NCBI GenBank assembly: GCA_965247845.1 | Contig: OZ252040.1 | Coordinates: forward strand, 95,615 to 159,614 | Direction: 5' to 3' | Length of the DNA: 64,000 nt | From: Nitrospirales bacterium | GTDB taxonomy: Bacteria > Nitrospirota > Nitrospiria > Nitrospirales > UBA8639 | In this document: piece after piece, positions 17,977 to 28,867 of the stretch | Position numbering within the stretch: position 1 is the first letter of the stretch | Layout: each line of letters begins with the position of its first letter | Position numbers and translations under genes: made by a program | The notes under the pieces: model-generated | What the model was told of the DNA's origin: nothing | What the model saw: only the letters and a program-made list of their open reading frames with translations | The model's database searches: none

Positions 17977-19083
17977 TTAGTCCCGGTCTTGGTTATGGAT
18001 CTCGATGATTACAGGGCAATGATCGGATAATTGTCGATAGGCGAGCGGGTAGTTCCCCTTGATTCGTCGGCATCCCGTCACGGCGCAATAGCCGGTGACG
18101 CGCGCCGACCGAGTACGCACTTCAGCCATGTCTTTTGCCACCAACACATGATCCAACCAACCGCCCCGACCACGAAAATAATGCGAGCACTGAGGCTTCA
18201 AGGAAAGATCGTCAAATCCAGGCGTTTCTTTCGCTACCATTCGTCTGAGGTATTTCAACTCAGATCTTTGTGAATGATGATCGCCGGCACCCATGATATT
18301 CAAATCGCCCAGGATGATTACATCTCGATCTTCTTGGAGAAAGCGCGCAACCGTGGTGTCGATACGGTTGAGCGCCGCGTGTCGATCTTCAACCGCAAAG
18401 ACCGTGGGGCCTGACTTGAGGTGAAGGCCAATCAAATGAAAGTCCACACCCGGTGGGTGTTTGGATTGAACACGCGCGTAGTGGCCGGGACGGAGTCCGC
18501 CCTCGCATGGGTTTTGCGCGGACCTGGCTTTGCTATTAAAGGGCCAGAGGCTCTGAATGTCAGAGAGCCTCACCCGACTCGCATTCCACAATATCCCCAC
18601 GTGATGACCATCAGGCTTTCCGCATTGTTGAACCGACCATTGCCAAGACTCTCCCGTTTGTTGTTCGAGCGCCGTCAAAACCCGGTTCCACGAGGTTCGG
18701 GCCTTGCTGGTTGTTAAACTTTCTTGAACGACCAGGATATCCGGTTGCATCCACACAAGGGTGCATGTCAACCATTCTAAATCGGTTGACGCGGTAGAAC
18801 GATCCGGTCGGTCAGGTGGGCTGCCGTAGGGAAACCATCGGATATTCCACGTCCCAAGCCGAAGTGTGTCGGGAGCGGGGATGGCCATACGACCGCCGTC
18901 CTCGACAACGTGTTCGCAGTGCGTTGGAGATTTCCACACCAACGCTTCTTCTTGAGAAGAACTTTGATGGACAGCAGGCTGAGGTGCCGCTTCAAAGGCA
19001 TCGACCATGGAAACAAGGACGAGAACGATGCCTCCGACCGTCGCGACCACAATGAGCGTGGGAACCAAGAAGCCAATCCGCAT
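17977..19083 (-). CDS. Membrane-anchored endonuclease/exonuclease/phosphatase (EEP) family protein
   Basis: N-terminal TM helix. EEP blocks LGTWNIRWF, ILGDLN, SDHCPVIIEI. Confidence 0.75.
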   Translation of the reverse strand: MRIGFLVPTLIVVATVGGIVLVLVSMVDAFEAAPQPAVHQSSSQEEALVWKSPTHCEHVVEDGGRMAIPAPDTLRLGTWNIRWFPYGSPPDRPDRSTASTDLEWLTCTLVWMQPDILVVQESLTTSKARTSWNRVLTALEQQTGESWQWSVQQCGKPDGHHVGILWNASRVRLSDIQSLWPFNSKARSAQNPCEGGLRPGHYARVQSKHPPGVDFHLIGLHLKSGPTVFAVEDRHAALNRIDTTVARFLQEDRDVIILGDLNIMGAGDHHSQRSELKYLRRMVAKETPGFDDLSLKPQCSHYFRGRGGWLDHVLVAKDMAEVRTRSARVTGYCAVTGCRRIKGNYPLAYRQLSDHCPVIIEIHNQDRD

Positions 19084-19286
19084 GACGATCTCCTACATGT
19101 GTTACTCATACATACCAAACCTTGGCCAAGAAAGCATACCCCGGGTCACGACGCGGGGGTAGTGCAGATCGCGCCGTCTCGTCTCAGCCATTGGTTGTTG
19201 AGGCGTGGACCAACGCGTTATGTTCTTGTAACAATCGGGTGGCGTTGGGGGCTCAAAAACGTGAATGGTGCTGACTGAGGTGAGAA

Positions 19287-20969
19287 ATGACGCAGACAAA
19301 CATCAATAGTGAAATCGCCAACAAGGCGATTCTCCAACCAATTGAGCACGTGGCGCAGGAAAAATTGGGGCTCGATCGGGAGGACTTGGACCTCTATGGA
19401 AAATATAAAGCCAAAATTCCATTGTCATCGCTCGACGGCTTGAACGAAAGGTCCGATGGGAAATTAATATTGATGACGGCCATGACGCCCACCACGGCCG
19501 GGGAAGGCAAAACCACAACGTCCATCGGCTTAACCGATGGTCTGGCGAAGATCGGGAAAAAAGTGATGGCGGCCTTGCGGGAACCCAGCCTGGGGCCGTG
19601 TTTTGGCATGAAAGGCGGCGCATGCGGAGGCGGGTACGCCCAAGTCGTGCCGATGACCGACATCAATCTCCACTTTACGGGAGATTTCCACGCCATTACC
19701 TCAGCACATAATCTGCTCGCGGCGATGGTGGATAATCATCTGTATTGGGGGCATGAACCTCTCTTGGATGCGAGGCACATTACCTGGCGGCGGATCATGG
19801 ATATGAACGATCGGTCGTTACGCCAGATCGTCACGGGGCTGGGCGCTGCCACGAATGGCTTTGCCAGGGAAGGGAGCTTCGATATCACGGCGGCCTCTGA
19901 GGTCATGGCGGTGTTGTGTCTGGCAACGGATGTACACGATCTGCAGCGACGGTTGGGGAACATCAAAGTCGGACAAACTCCGCAAAAAGAATTTGTCTTT
20001 GCCAAAGACGTGAAAGCACAGGGCGCCATGACTGCGTTGTTGAAGGATGCGCTCAATCCCAATTTGGTTCAGACCTTGGAACGGAACCCCGCCTTTGTGC
20101 ATGGTGGACCGTTCGGCAATATCGCGCATGGGTGTAATTCGGTCGTTGCCACCAAAGCGGCGTTGAAATTGGCGGACTACGTTGTGACCGAGGCAGGGTT
20201 TGGTGCGGACCTGGGTGCGGAGAAATTTTTTAACATCAAATGCCGGCGAGCAGGGTTGACGCCGGACTGCGCCGTGGTGGTGGCAACGGTCAAAGCGTTA
20301 AAGCTGCACGGCGGAGCCAATCCCAAAGAACTGACAACGGAAAATCTTGAGGCGCTCAAACACGGCCTGCCGAATTTAGTACGGCACCTGGACAACATGA
20401 AAAAATTCGGTGTGCCCGTGGTCGTGGCCATTAATGAATTCACGAGCGATACCAAGGCCGAATTGGACCTGGTGCATGAAATCTGCGCCGGTCGTGGAGT
20501 GAAAATGGCCTTGGCCAATCATTGGGCCCAAGGAGGGGATGGAGCCGTCGCGTTGGCGGAATTGGTGGTGAAGACGATCGAAGACGAACCCACCGGCTTT
20601 CATCCCCTCTATTCCGACGACCTGCCGCTTGCTGAAAAAGTCCGGATCGTGTCGCGAGAGATTTATGGTGCGGATGATGCGGATATTCCTTCAGCCGTGC
20701 TCAAACAATTCGAGGACCTGGAAAACAAGGGATATGGCCGATTTCCCATCTGCATGGCCAAGACCCAATACAGTTTTTCAACCGACCCCGACAAAAAAGG
20801 TGCCCCTACCGGGTTTACGGTCCCCATTCGAGAAGTTCGCCTTTCCCTGGGAGCTGAATTCCTCGTCGTGTTGACCGGCAATATCATGACGATGCCCGGG
20901 CTGCCGAGAGTACCGGCTGCCGAAGCCGTGGGACTCAATGCGGAGGGGGAGATTATCGGATTGTTTTAA
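19287..20969 (+). CDS. fhs: Formate--tetrahydrofolate ligase
   Basis: [17 protein letters not shown]-loop and full-length similarity to FTHFS. Confidence 0.95.
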   Translation: MTQTNINSEIANKAILQPIEHVAQEKLGLDREDLDLYGKYKAKIPLSSLDGLNERSDGKLILMTAMTPTTAGEGKTTTSIGLTDGLAKIGKKVMAALREPSLGPCFGMKGGACGGGYAQVVPMTDINLHFTGDFHAITSAHNLLAAMVDNHLYWGHEPLLDARHITWRRIMDMNDRSLRQIVTGLGAATNGFAREGSFDITAASEVMAVLCLATDVHDLQRRLGNIKVGQTPQKEFVFAKDVKAQGAMTALLKDALNPNLVQTLERNPAFVHGGPFGNIAHGCNSVVATKAALKLADYVVTEAGFGADLGAEKFFNIKCRRAGLTPDCAVVVATVKALKLHGGANPKELTTENLEALKHGLPNLVRHLDNMKKFGVPVVVAINEFTSDTKAELDLVHEICAGRGVKMALANHWAQGGDGAVALAELVVKTIEDEPTGFHPLYSDDLPLAEKVRIVSREIYGADDADIPSAVLKQFEDLENKGYGRFPICMAKTQYSFSTDPDKKGAPTGFTVPIREVRLSLGAEFLVVLTGNIMTMPGLPRVPAAEAVGLNAEGEIIGLF

Positions 20970-20987
20970 GGGACTGTTTTAATCCTA

Positions 20988-22994
20988 ATGAACAAATTTA
21001 TTCTGGAGTCGGAATTTTCGCCCAAGGGAGATCAGCGTCAGGCGATCGATGCGCTGACTGAAGGGGTGAACGTCGGCAAGCAACATCAGGTGCTGCTTGG
21101 TGTCACAGGGTCAGGGAAGACGTTTACCATGGCGAACGTCATTGCCACGGTCCAGAAGCCGACGTTGGTCGTGGTGCATAATAAGACGTTGGCGGCACAG
21201 TTGTACCAGGAGTTCAAGTGTTTTTTCCCGCACAATGCCGTGGAGTACTTCGTCAGTTATTACGATTACTACCAACCCGAAGCCTATATTCCCTCCACGG
21301 ACACCTATATCGCCAAAGACGCCTCGATCAACGATACCATTGATCAGATGCGGCATGCGGCAACGTCGGCATTGTTGGAGCGCGACGATATTATTATCGT
21401 GGCCTCGGTATCCTGCATCTATGGCTTGGGCTCGCCTGAGGTCTATCACGGCATGTTGCTGTATCTCGAAGAAGGGATGGTCATTCGACGAGAGGCCATT
21501 CTCGCCAAGTTGGTGGAGATCCAATATTCCCGAAATGATATCGAGCTTCAACGCGGCACGTTTCGGGCGCGTGGAGATGTCATTGAGATTTTCCCCGCCG
21601 CCTCGGATTCGAATACCATCCGTGTGGAATTATTCGGCGACGTGGTTGAGTCGATTTCTGAAATCGATCCGCTGACCGGCCAATCACTCGGGCGACTGTC
21701 CAAGATTCCCATTTATCCCAAGAGTCACTATGTGATTGCTCCTGATCGCTACGACCGGGCCCTGCAAGGGATTGAAGAAGAACTGGAAGAACGCATCGTC
21801 TATTTCCGGCGCCACGATCAACTCCTTGAAGCTCAGCGTGTGGAGCAGCGGACGAAGTTTGATCTCGAGATGATTCGAGCGATGGGCTATTGTCACGGTA
21901 TTGAGAATTACTCGCGGCATTTGAGTGGTCGTGCGCCGGGTGAGCCGCCTCCGACGCTGCTGGACTATTTTACCAAGGACCATCTGTTGATTGTTGATGA
22001 GTCTCATGTAACGGTTCCTCAATTCGGCGGGATGTACAAAGGCGACCATTCGCGCAAAAAGACGTTGGTCGACTATGGGTTCCGGTTGCCGTCGGCCATG
22101 GATAACCGTCCGCTGAAATTCAAAGAATTTGAAGAAGTCATGCATCGGGTCATTTATGTGTCGGCCACGCCCGGGCCGTATGAGTTGACGCATGCCGGCA
22201 AGAGCGTGGTGGAACAGATTATTCGGCCGACGGGCCTGATGGATCCCGTGATCGAGGTCAAGCCGGCGAAGGGGCAGGTGGATGATTTATTGCAGGAAGT
22301 GAAAGCGGTTATCGCCAAGGGCTTTCGGGTGTTGGTCACGACCTTGACGAAGCGTATGGCCGAGGATCTGACCGAATACTACCACGAGTTGGGGTTGAAG
22401 GTGCGGTATCTGCATGCCGATATCCGGACGCTTGAACGGGCGGAGATTATTCGCGATCTTCGCAAGGGCGTGTTTGATGTGCTGGTCGGCATCAATCTGC
22501 TGCGCGAGGGGTTGGATCTTCCTGAAGTGGCGCTCGTCGGCGTGTTGGATGCGGATAAAGAGGGGTTTTTACGCGGCCATCGGGCGTTGATTCAAACCGC
22601 CGGGCGTGCGTCCCGCAACAGCGAGGGCAAAGTCGTTCTCTATGGCGACAGAATCACCGATTCCATGAAGGTCACCATTGAGGAAACCGCGCGACGACGG
22701 CAGATCCAGGCCGATTATAATCGTGAACATGGGATTACGCCGGAGACCATCAAGAAACGCATTCATGATTTGGACTATCACATTGCCGAGGCCGATTACG
22801 CCGAAGTGCAAATCGCTGCGGAGGAAGAAGCCGTCTATGCCACCGGAGACGATATGGAGAAGATGATCGCTTCCTTGGAACAGGAGATGAAGGCTGCGGC
22901 AAAAACATTGGAGTTTGAACGGGCTGCGAAGTTGCGCGATCGGATTCGGGCGTTGCGGCAGGAAGAGCTTCGGTTTGGCGGATCGGTGCGCTGA
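20988..22994 (+). CDS. uvrB: Excinuclease ABC subunit B
   Basis: [16 protein letters not shown] box, C-terminal UVR motif ([16 protein letters not shown]). Confidence 0.95.
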   Translation: MNKFILESEFSPKGDQRQAIDALTEGVNVGKQHQVLLGVTGSGKTFTMANVIATVQKPTLVVVHNKTLAAQLYQEFKCFFPHNAVEYFVSYYDYYQPEAYIPSTDTYIAKDASINDTIDQMRHAATSALLERDDIIIVASVSCIYGLGSPEVYHGMLLYLEEGMVIRREAILAKLVEIQYSRNDIELQRGTFRARGDVIEIFPAASDSNTIRVELFGDVVESISEIDPLTGQSLGRLSKIPIYPKSHYVIAPDRYDRALQGIEEELEERIVYFRRHDQLLEAQRVEQRTKFDLEMIRAMGYCHGIENYSRHLSGRAPGEPPPTLLDYFTKDHLLIVDESHVTVPQFGGMYKGDHSRKKTLVDYGFRLPSAMDNRPLKFKEFEEVMHRVIYVSATPGPYELTHAGKSVVEQIIRPTGLMDPVIEVKPAKGQVDDLLQEVKAVIAKGFRVLVTTLTKRMAEDLTEYYHELGLKVRYLHADIRTLERAEIIRDLRKGVFDVLVGINLLREGLDLPEVALVGVLDADKEGFLRGHRALIQTAGRASRNSEGKVVLYGDRITDSMKVTIEETARRRQIQADYNREHGITPETIKKRIHDLDYHIAEADYAEVQIAAEEEAVYATGDDMEKMIASLEQEMKAAAKTLEFERAAKLRDRIRALRQEELRFGGSVR

Positions 22995-23012
22995 CAGGCG
23001 CGGGTTACTCTG

Positions 23013-23273
23013 CTAGATGTTTTTGTAGAGATAGATGCCGAGAAAAATGCCCAAGATCGTGAGCAGGTTTATTTTGAAGAGAAAGCCGAGGGTGACTTTG
23101 ATCAAGACTAAATCGACCGTAAGGGGTGGGTATAGGCCTGGGGAGACCGATCGTGCAAAAATGGTTTGAATCGGCTCTGATGGCGAAAAAACGGTGAGAA
23201 TTTCACCTAACACTCCGCCCAGCAGACCACCGATAAAAATAAACCCCACTAACGTCCAGCCTGATTTTTTCAC
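23013..23273 (-). CDS. DUF4321-like small membrane protein
   Basis: GGLLGGVLGEIL motif and two TM segments. The likely start is GTG 23273 (VKKSGW...), because the 120-aa ORF extension has no homologous look. Confidence 0.5.
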   Translation of the reverse strand: MKKSGWTLVGFIFIGGLLGGVLGEILTVFSPSEPIQTIFARSVSPGLYPPLTVDLVLIKVTLGFLFKINLLTILGIFLGIYLYKNI

Positions 23274-23462
23274 CCGTGCGCTCGCTGAAACCGGAATTTG
23301 AGAAGACGTGTTTTTCTGAAAATAAAAATAAGGGAAACTACTAGGCAAAGTACGGCAATCTTTACAGTAAGTCAAGAATGCGCTTTTCTTGACAGACTTT
23401 CCGAGGCGTGACTAGACTGTACAAAATTTTCCTTGAATTTTCGAAGAGTTAGGAGCGGTTTC

Positions 23463-24854
23463 GTGTTTTCATCTCTCACCAACAAAATCGATGGCGTGCT
23501 CAAAAAGCTTCGGGGAGCCGGTGTTCTCAAAGAACAGGATGTTGTCCAGGCCTTGAAGGAAGTACGCCTGGCTCTACTTGAAGCCGACGTCAATTTTAGA
23601 GTGGTCAAGGACTTCATCGGACGTGTGCAGGAAAAAGCCGTAGGCAGCAACGTCCTCGAGAGTCTGACGCCCGGGCAGCAAGTCGTCAAAATTGTGTGGG
23701 AAGAATTACGGAACTTGATGGGTCAAGAGCATTCCGGCCTGTCGCTTTCTTCTCAGCCGCCGACAATTGTGATGATGGTGGGCCTGCAAGGGGCCGGGAA
23801 AACCACCACCTGTGGCAAAGTCGCCCGGTTGTTTACCCAACAAGGAAAACGTGTGTTGCTCGTTGCCGCCGATCCCCGACGTCCTGCTGCTGCGGAACAA
23901 TTAGCCGCCTTGGGCGCCAACCTTGACGTTCCGGTTCATCGTGCGGACCGGCTGCTGTCGACTTGCCCCGAGGTCGTGCGTTTTTGTTCAGAGGGAGTCT
24001 GTCGTGGTCGGGATCATGGCTATGACGTCGTGATCTTGGATACCGGAGGCCGGCTTCATATTGATGACGAATTGATGTTGGAGCTGGAAGACATCAAAGC
24101 CGCGGTGACGCCACAAGAAGTGTTGTTGGTCGCTGATGCCATGACCGGTCAGGAAGCGGTCAATGTGGCGGAGCAGTTCGATCAACGCGTGGGTGTGACC
24201 GGCGTGATTTTGACCAAGATCGAAGGCGATGCGCGAGGTGGAGCCCTGCTTTCGATGCGGGCGGCTATCGGGAAGCCGGTGAAGTATCTTGGCGTGGGCG
24301 AAAAATCCGATGCGCTGGAACCGTTTCATCCTGATCGTATGGCCTCTCGGATTTTGGGGATGGGTGATGTGTTGTCGCTGATTGAAAAGGCCCAACAATC
24401 CTTTTCGCAAGAAGAAGCCTTGGCGCTGCAAAAAAAGGTTTCGAGCAATACCCTGACCCTTGAAGATTTTCGAGATCAGATGAAACAGGTCAACAAGCTG
24501 GGGTCTATGGAGCAAATTTTGGGCATGCTGCCCGGGGCCGGGAAGCTGAAGTCGATGATGAATGCAGGGGTGAACCAGGAGCTGCCGGAAAAGGAAATGA
24601 AGCGGATGGTCGCGATTATCGATTCGATGACACCCGCAGAGCGTTTGGATCATGCGATCATGAACGGCAGGCGTAAGAAACGTGTGGCCAAGGGAAGTGG
24701 AACCTCCGTCCAAGAGGTCAATCGGCTCATCAAGCAATTTCTCACGGCACGAAACATGTTGAAGTCACTGGTTGGTGGAAAGCTTGGGAAACCGGGGAAG
24801 TTAGGGAAACTCAAGAAACGGGGAAAGCTGATTCGTGCCCTTCAATCCCCCTAG
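23463..24854 (+). CDS. ffh: Signal recognition particle protein Ffh
   Basis: GTG start 23463 (AGGAG 7 nt upstream) gives VFSSLTNKIDGVLKKLRG as in Ffh. GLQGAGKTTT, DTGGRLH, and a Met-rich M domain. Confidence 0.95.
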   Translation: MFSSLTNKIDGVLKKLRGAGVLKEQDVVQALKEVRLALLEADVNFRVVKDFIGRVQEKAVGSNVLESLTPGQQVVKIVWEELRNLMGQEHSGLSLSSQPPTIVMMVGLQGAGKTTTCGKVARLFTQQGKRVLLVAADPRRPAAAEQLAALGANLDVPVHRADRLLSTCPEVVRFCSEGVCRGRDHGYDVVILDTGGRLHIDDELMLELEDIKAAVTPQEVLLVADAMTGQEAVNVAEQFDQRVGVTGVILTKIEGDARGGALLSMRAAIGKPVKYLGVGEKSDALEPFHPDRMASRILGMGDVLSLIEKAQQSFSQEEALALQKKVSSNTLTLEDFRDQMKQVNKLGSMEQILGMLPGAGKLKSMMNAGVNQELPEKEMKRMVAIIDSMTPAERLDHAIMNGRRKKRVAKGSGTSVQEVNRLIKQFLTARNMLKSLVGGKLGKPGKLGKLKKRGKLIRALQSP

Positions 24855-25030
24855 CCGGGTTTTTCTTCCTGACAGGTGGAGTTCTCGGTCGCACGCCTTG
24901 CCAGGATGAGTGGAGCGGCTCTGCAACGGCCAGGTGTGAGAAGAAATCAGGCTAGGGTGTATTTCTGGTCTTAAACCAAGTATAATAACTGGTTTTTGGG
25001 AAAAACTTACTTCACAGGAGGTTTAGACTC

Positions 25031-25309
25031 GTGGCAGTACATTTGCGTTTAACCAGAATGGGGCGACACAAACGGCCATTTTATCGGGTCGTTGCCGTGG
25101 ATTCCAGAGCACGTCGAGATGGAAAGTACCTCGAAATTGTCGGCACGCATGATCCCTTACAAGAACCGGCCGTCACCAACTTAAAGTCGGACCGTGTGCT
25201 GGACTGGCTTCAAAAAGGGGCCCAACCGTCGGTGACCGTTCGCACGCTCCTTCGGCGGTCCGGAATTTTGAAGACGTTCGAAGAATCGAAAAAGAAGACG
25301 AACGCCTAA
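25031..25309 (+). CDS. rpsP: 30S ribosomal protein S16
   Basis: (M)AVHLRLTRMGRHKRPFYRVVAVDSRARRDGKYLE; GTG start. Confidence 0.95.
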   Translation: MAVHLRLTRMGRHKRPFYRVVAVDSRARRDGKYLEIVGTHDPLQEPAVTNLKSDRVLDWLQKGAQPSVTVRTLLRRSGILKTFEESKKKTNA

Positions 25310-25352
25310 GCGCTTTGCTCGATGCGGGTTTACTTCCCCTGAGAGAGAAGTC

Positions 25353-25880
25353 ATGTCGACGGAAAACATGGTCACTGTTGGGAAGCTGGTAAAATCCTTT
25401 GGGGTGAGAGGCCAGGCGCGGGTTCTTTCACTCACGGATGTTCCGAATCGATTCGAGAATCTCAAGGAAGTGACCCTTGAGTTGCCGACAGGCAAAACCT
25501 TGGTGACGACGGTAACCGATGTCCATCCAGATGGCCAATCCTATCTCTTGCGATTTGGGGCCTTCTCCACGCCGGAGGAGGTGGGGGACTATCGCGGGGC
25601 GTGGTTGAAAATTCCCCAAGAGGAGGTGCCCCCTGCGCCTGAAGGTCACCATTATCAGTTTGAATTAATCGGGTTAACGGTGAAAGACGAGTCGGGTAAC
25701 GTGTTCGGAACGTTGGAGGAAGTGGTGGCCTTACCGCACCAACATCTGTTTGTGATTCGCGGAGCAAACAAAGAGTATCTTTTGCCCGCTTTGCGCAAAT
25801 GGATCTCTTCGGTCGACCTCGCCGGAGGTGTTATGACCGTCACCCCGACTGCGGAATGGGCTGGTGACGATGCAGTGTGA
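25353..25880 (+). CDS. rimM: 16S rRNA processing protein RimM
   Basis: VGKLVKSFGVRGQARV...YQFELIGLTV pattern, and its position between rpsP and trmD. Confidence 0.9.
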   Translation: MSTENMVTVGKLVKSFGVRGQARVLSLTDVPNRFENLKEVTLELPTGKTLVTTVTDVHPDGQSYLLRFGAFSTPEEVGDYRGAWLKIPQEEVPPAPEGHHYQFELIGLTVKDESGNVFGTLEEVVALPHQHLFVIRGANKEYLLPALRKWISSVDLAGGVMTVTPTAEWAGDDAV

Positions 25881-26637
25881 AATTCTGACATTGTTTCCCG
25901 AAATGGTGGCAAACGTCGTGTCGCACTCCATCGTGAAGCGTGCGCAAGACAAAAAGCTGGTTTCGATTCGTGTCCATAATATTCGTGATTTCAGTGATGA
26001 TCGGCATCGAGTGGCTGATGATACGCCCTACGGTGGCGGATCCGGCATGATCATGAAGGCTGAGCCCATTTTCCGGGCGGTTGAGGCGTTGGGCCAAGAG
26101 CGGAGTCAATTACGGATTATCGTGCCTTCCCCTCAAGGGCTGCCCTTTACACAACGGCTTGCCGAAGAGTTGAGTCAAGAATCGCGACGGCTGGTGTGGA
26201 TCTGTGGCCATTATGAAGGCATTGACGAACGAGTGCTGATTCGGCTAGAGCCTGAAGAAATTTCTCTTGGGGATTACGTGCTGACAGGAGGGGAACTGCC
26301 GGCCTTGGTGATGATCGATGCGGCTGTCCGATTGGTTTCCGGGGTGGTGGGTGATCCCACGTCGGTGGAACAAGACTCCTTCTCCCAACCCTTGTTGGAT
26401 TTTCCCCATTATACCAAGCCGCATACGGTTCGCGGGTACCAGGTTCCCAACGTCTTACTGTCGGGCAATCATGAGGCCATTCGACGGTGGCGTCGCAAGG
26501 AAGCCTTGCGGAACACGCATGGCAAACGGCCGGATTTGTTGCGACAGGAGTCGTTAACCCAAGAAGATCAACAATTATTGTCAGATATTTCTCAAGAATG
26601 TGAACAAGTCATGTCAGTGAGTGAAGGGGGAGGATGA
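25870..26637 (+). CDS. trmD: tRNA (guanine37-N1)-methyltransferase
   Basis: [12 protein letters not shown]..., [22 protein letters not shown]. An alternative GTG start lies at 25864. Confidence 0.95.
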   Translation: MQCEILTLFPEMVANVVSHSIVKRAQDKKLVSIRVHNIRDFSDDRHRVADDTPYGGGSGMIMKAEPIFRAVEALGQERSQLRIIVPSPQGLPFTQRLAEELSQESRRLVWICGHYEGIDERVLIRLEPEEISLGDYVLTGGELPALVMIDAAVRLVSGVVGDPTSVEQDSFSQPLLDFPHYTKPHTVRGYQVPNVLLSGNHEAIRRWRRKEALRNTHGKRPDLLRQESLTQEDQQLLSDISQECEQVMSVSEGGG

Positions 26638-27074
26638 CCATCATGAATCGGCTTCAACGGCTAGAACAGACATTCCCGACGAACTCCGTCCCTGTGTTTG
26701 AAATTGGGGACACCGTTCGTGTGCATGTGAAAGTGATCGAAGGTGAGAAAGAACGGGTCCAGGTATTTGAAGGCGTCGTGATTGCTCGAAAAGGCAAGAA
26801 AGTCAGTGAGACGTTTACCGTGCGTAAAATCTCTTATGGGGTTGGGGTTGAACGAGTGTTTCCCGTGAACTCTCCCAATATCGCGAAAATCGATGTGATA
26901 CGAAAAGGGAAAGTGCGGCGAGCAAAGTTGTACTATCTGCGTGACAAAAAGGGAAAGCAAGCCAAAGTCGCCGAACGAGAATTTTCCCGAACCGCAAGCA
27001 GAACAAAGGCCGCAAAGAGCAAGCCTGCGGCTACGGCGAGCGTAGAGGCTTCAGCAGAAGAACCTGCCGAATAA
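26634..27074 (+). CDS. rplS: 50S ribosomal protein L19 with Ala/Lys-rich C-terminal extension
   Basis: [30 protein letters not shown]...[19 protein letters not shown] overlap with the trmD stop; an alternative ATG lies at 26643. Confidence 0.95.
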   Translation: MTIMNRLQRLEQTFPTNSVPVFEIGDTVRVHVKVIEGEKERVQVFEGVVIARKGKKVSETFTVRKISYGVGVERVFPVNSPNIAKIDVIRKGKVRRAKLYYLRDKKGKQAKVAEREFSRTASRTKAAKSKPAATASVEASAEEPAE

Positions 27075-27080
27075 TCCGAT

Positions 27081-27755
27081 GTGCTTGGTCTTGTGACATT
27101 GACCAATGACGCCATAGAGTTGGGAGCTTTGGGACCCACGTGCGATCTCGAAGAGGATGCACGGGCCTGTGGGTATCGACGGGTCGCTGGGTTAGACGAG
27201 GCTGGGCGTGGGCCTCTGGCCGGGCCGGTTGTCGGGGCAGCGGTGATTGTGCCCCGTCGATTTTCGTTGCGGAGTCTTGATGATTCCAAAAAGGTGAGTC
27301 CCACGGAACGGGAGACTCTCTTTTCGGTTATTACCAAGTCCGCGATGGCGTGGGGAATTGGCGTCGCGTCTGAAGCCGAAATTGACTCGCTCAACATTCT
27401 CCAAGCGACTCGTTTAGCTTGGCAGCGGGCAATCAATCAATTGTGTCTCTCACCGGATTTTTTGTTGATCGATGGATCCCTGGGTGCTGACTTTTCTATT
27501 CCTCATCGGTCTGTAATTCAAGGCGACCAGCTTTCGTCTTCCATTGCCGCGGCGTCGATCCTTGCCAAAGTCTTCCGTGACCGAATGATGTGTGAATACC
27601 ACCAACGCGATCCTCGGTATCGGTTCCATATTCATAAAGGGTATCCCACGCCGGAGCACCTCCGCTTGCTTCATCAGTTTGGACCAAGTCCGGCCCATCG
27701 GCGCAGTTTTGCCCCAGTGCGCAGTTGTCTGACGACACCTCAGGAGGGTGTGTGA
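27081..27755 (+). CDS. rnhB: Ribonuclease HII
   Basis: VAGLDEAGRGPLAGPVV and DSKK motifs. Confidence 0.9.
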   Translation: MLGLVTLTNDAIELGALGPTCDLEEDARACGYRRVAGLDEAGRGPLAGPVVGAAVIVPRRFSLRSLDDSKKVSPTERETLFSVITKSAMAWGIGVASEAEIDSLNILQATRLAWQRAINQLCLSPDFLLIDGSLGADFSIPHRSVIQGDQLSSSIAAASILAKVFRDRMMCEYHQRDPRYRFHIHKGYPTPEHLRLLHQFGPSPAHRRSFAPVRSCLTTPQEGV

Positions 27756-28138
27756 GCCTCACCCCACAGCTCTTAGGCAAGGAAGCCGAAGCCGCTGCCG
27801 AACAGTTTCTTCGCCAAAAAGGGTATCAGATCCTTGATCGCAATATTCGGGTCGGTCGTGGAGAGTTGGATATTGTAGCCCGGGTGGGGGATATGCTGAT
27901 CTTTGTCGAAGTCAAAGCTCGCCGAACGGATCACTACGGAGGCGTGTCTCATGCCGTGACGGCACGAAAAGAGCAACAACTCATTCAATTAGCTGCTCGA
28001 TACCTTGCGCGCCATCGCTTAGAAAATCAGCCATGTCGGTTTGACGTGCTCTTCTATGATGCGGCGACTCCTGATGCTCCCATTCTTAAACATATTGAAA
28101 ATGCCTTTGAGGTGTCCGGCGATGATCGGCGTTGGTAA
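27725..28138 (+). CDS. YraN family (UPF0102) endonuclease-like protein
   Basis: GKEAEAAAEQFLRQKGYQILDRNIRVGRGELDIVA...FVEVKAR. The exact start is uncertain. Confidence 0.8.
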   Translation: MSDDTSGGCVSLTPQLLGKEAEAAAEQFLRQKGYQILDRNIRVGRGELDIVARVGDMLIFVEVKARRTDHYGGVSHAVTARKEQQLIQLAARYLARHRLENQPCRFDVLFYDAATPDAPILKHIENAFEVSGDDRRW

Positions 28139-28198
28139 GCGCACTGAATATCGCCATGAGGGCCTGGGAAAATTTTTCCATGCTGAGCTATTGTCCCC

Positions 28199-28867
28199 AT
28201 GATTCAGTTGTTCCATGTCTCCAAATTCTACGATCGATGTGCGGCGCTTGATGATGTCTCGTTTCGGATCGGCAAAGGTGAATGTGTCATTCTGACGGGA
28301 CTGAGTGGTGCGGGAAAGACCACACTGCTCAAGGTGATCTTTGGTGCCGAGGTTCCGGATGCAGGGCAAATCCTTGTGCAGAACCGCAACATTGCTCGGT
28401 TACGTGGAGGTGATATCCCCCATCTGCGTCGAACAATGGGTATTGTGCTACAAAACTTTCAGTTGCTTCCGAAGAAAACCGTGTATGAAAACGTGAGGTT
28501 ACCGCTCATTATTCAAGGCGTAAAAAGACGTGAAGCGCGGAAACGAGTGGGGGAAACCTTAAAGGCCGTAGGAATGGATCACAAACAGGCGATACAGACG
28601 GGTGTCCTCTCGGCCGGAGAGCAACAACGAATCTGTATTGCCCGGGCTATCGTGAACAGCCCCATTCTGCTGTTGGCCGATGAACCGACAGGAAATTTGG
28701 ATGCCGAATTGACGGTTGAAATCGTGGAATTGTTTAAAACGATTCATGCTCAGGGGACAACGATTCTCTTGGCGACCCATAACCAACAGGTGGTTGAGCA
28801 GATGAATGGCCGGGTCTTGCATTTGCAAGCAGGTCACGTCGTATCTGATGAGGGGGCGAGACCATAA
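28199..28867 (+). CDS. ftsE: Cell division ATP-binding protein FtsE
   Basis: Walker A GLSGAGKTT, LSAGEQQR, LLLADEPTGNLD, followed by ftsX. Confidence 0.9.
   Translation: MIQLFHVSKFYDRCAALDDVSFRIGKGECVILTGLSGAGKTTLLKVIFGAEVPDAGQILVQNRNIARLRGGDIPHLRRTMGIVLQNFQLLPKKTVYENVRLPLIIQGVKRREARKRVGETLKAVGMDHKQAIQTGVLSAGEQQRICIARAIVNSPILLLADEPTGNLDAELTVEIVELFKTIHAQGTTILLATHNQQVVEQMNGRVLHLQAGHVVSDEGARP

Noticed and set aside
19143-19252. ZTP (pfl-motif) riboswitch upstream of fhs
   Set aside because: GGGTCACGAC at 19143-19152 resembles the 5-prime conserved block as I recall it, and fhs is a typical ZTP-regulated gene. However, I could not find the conserved 3-prime CCGCCUGGGC block; the nearest match is GGGTGGCGTTGGGGGC at 19237-19252. 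I leave it unsupported pending a cmsearch with the Rfam pfl/ZTP model.
23988-24737. Long antisense ORFs opposite well-supported genes (249 aa opposite ffh; also 21111-21551 and 21684-22193 opposite uvrB, 36575-37048 opposite arc, 38318-38804 opposite dop, 40588-41049 opposite pafA)
   Set aside because: Their translations are low-complexity and rich in R, P, G and H, with no motifs. The opposite-strand genes have unambiguous family signatures. These are typical shadow ORFs.
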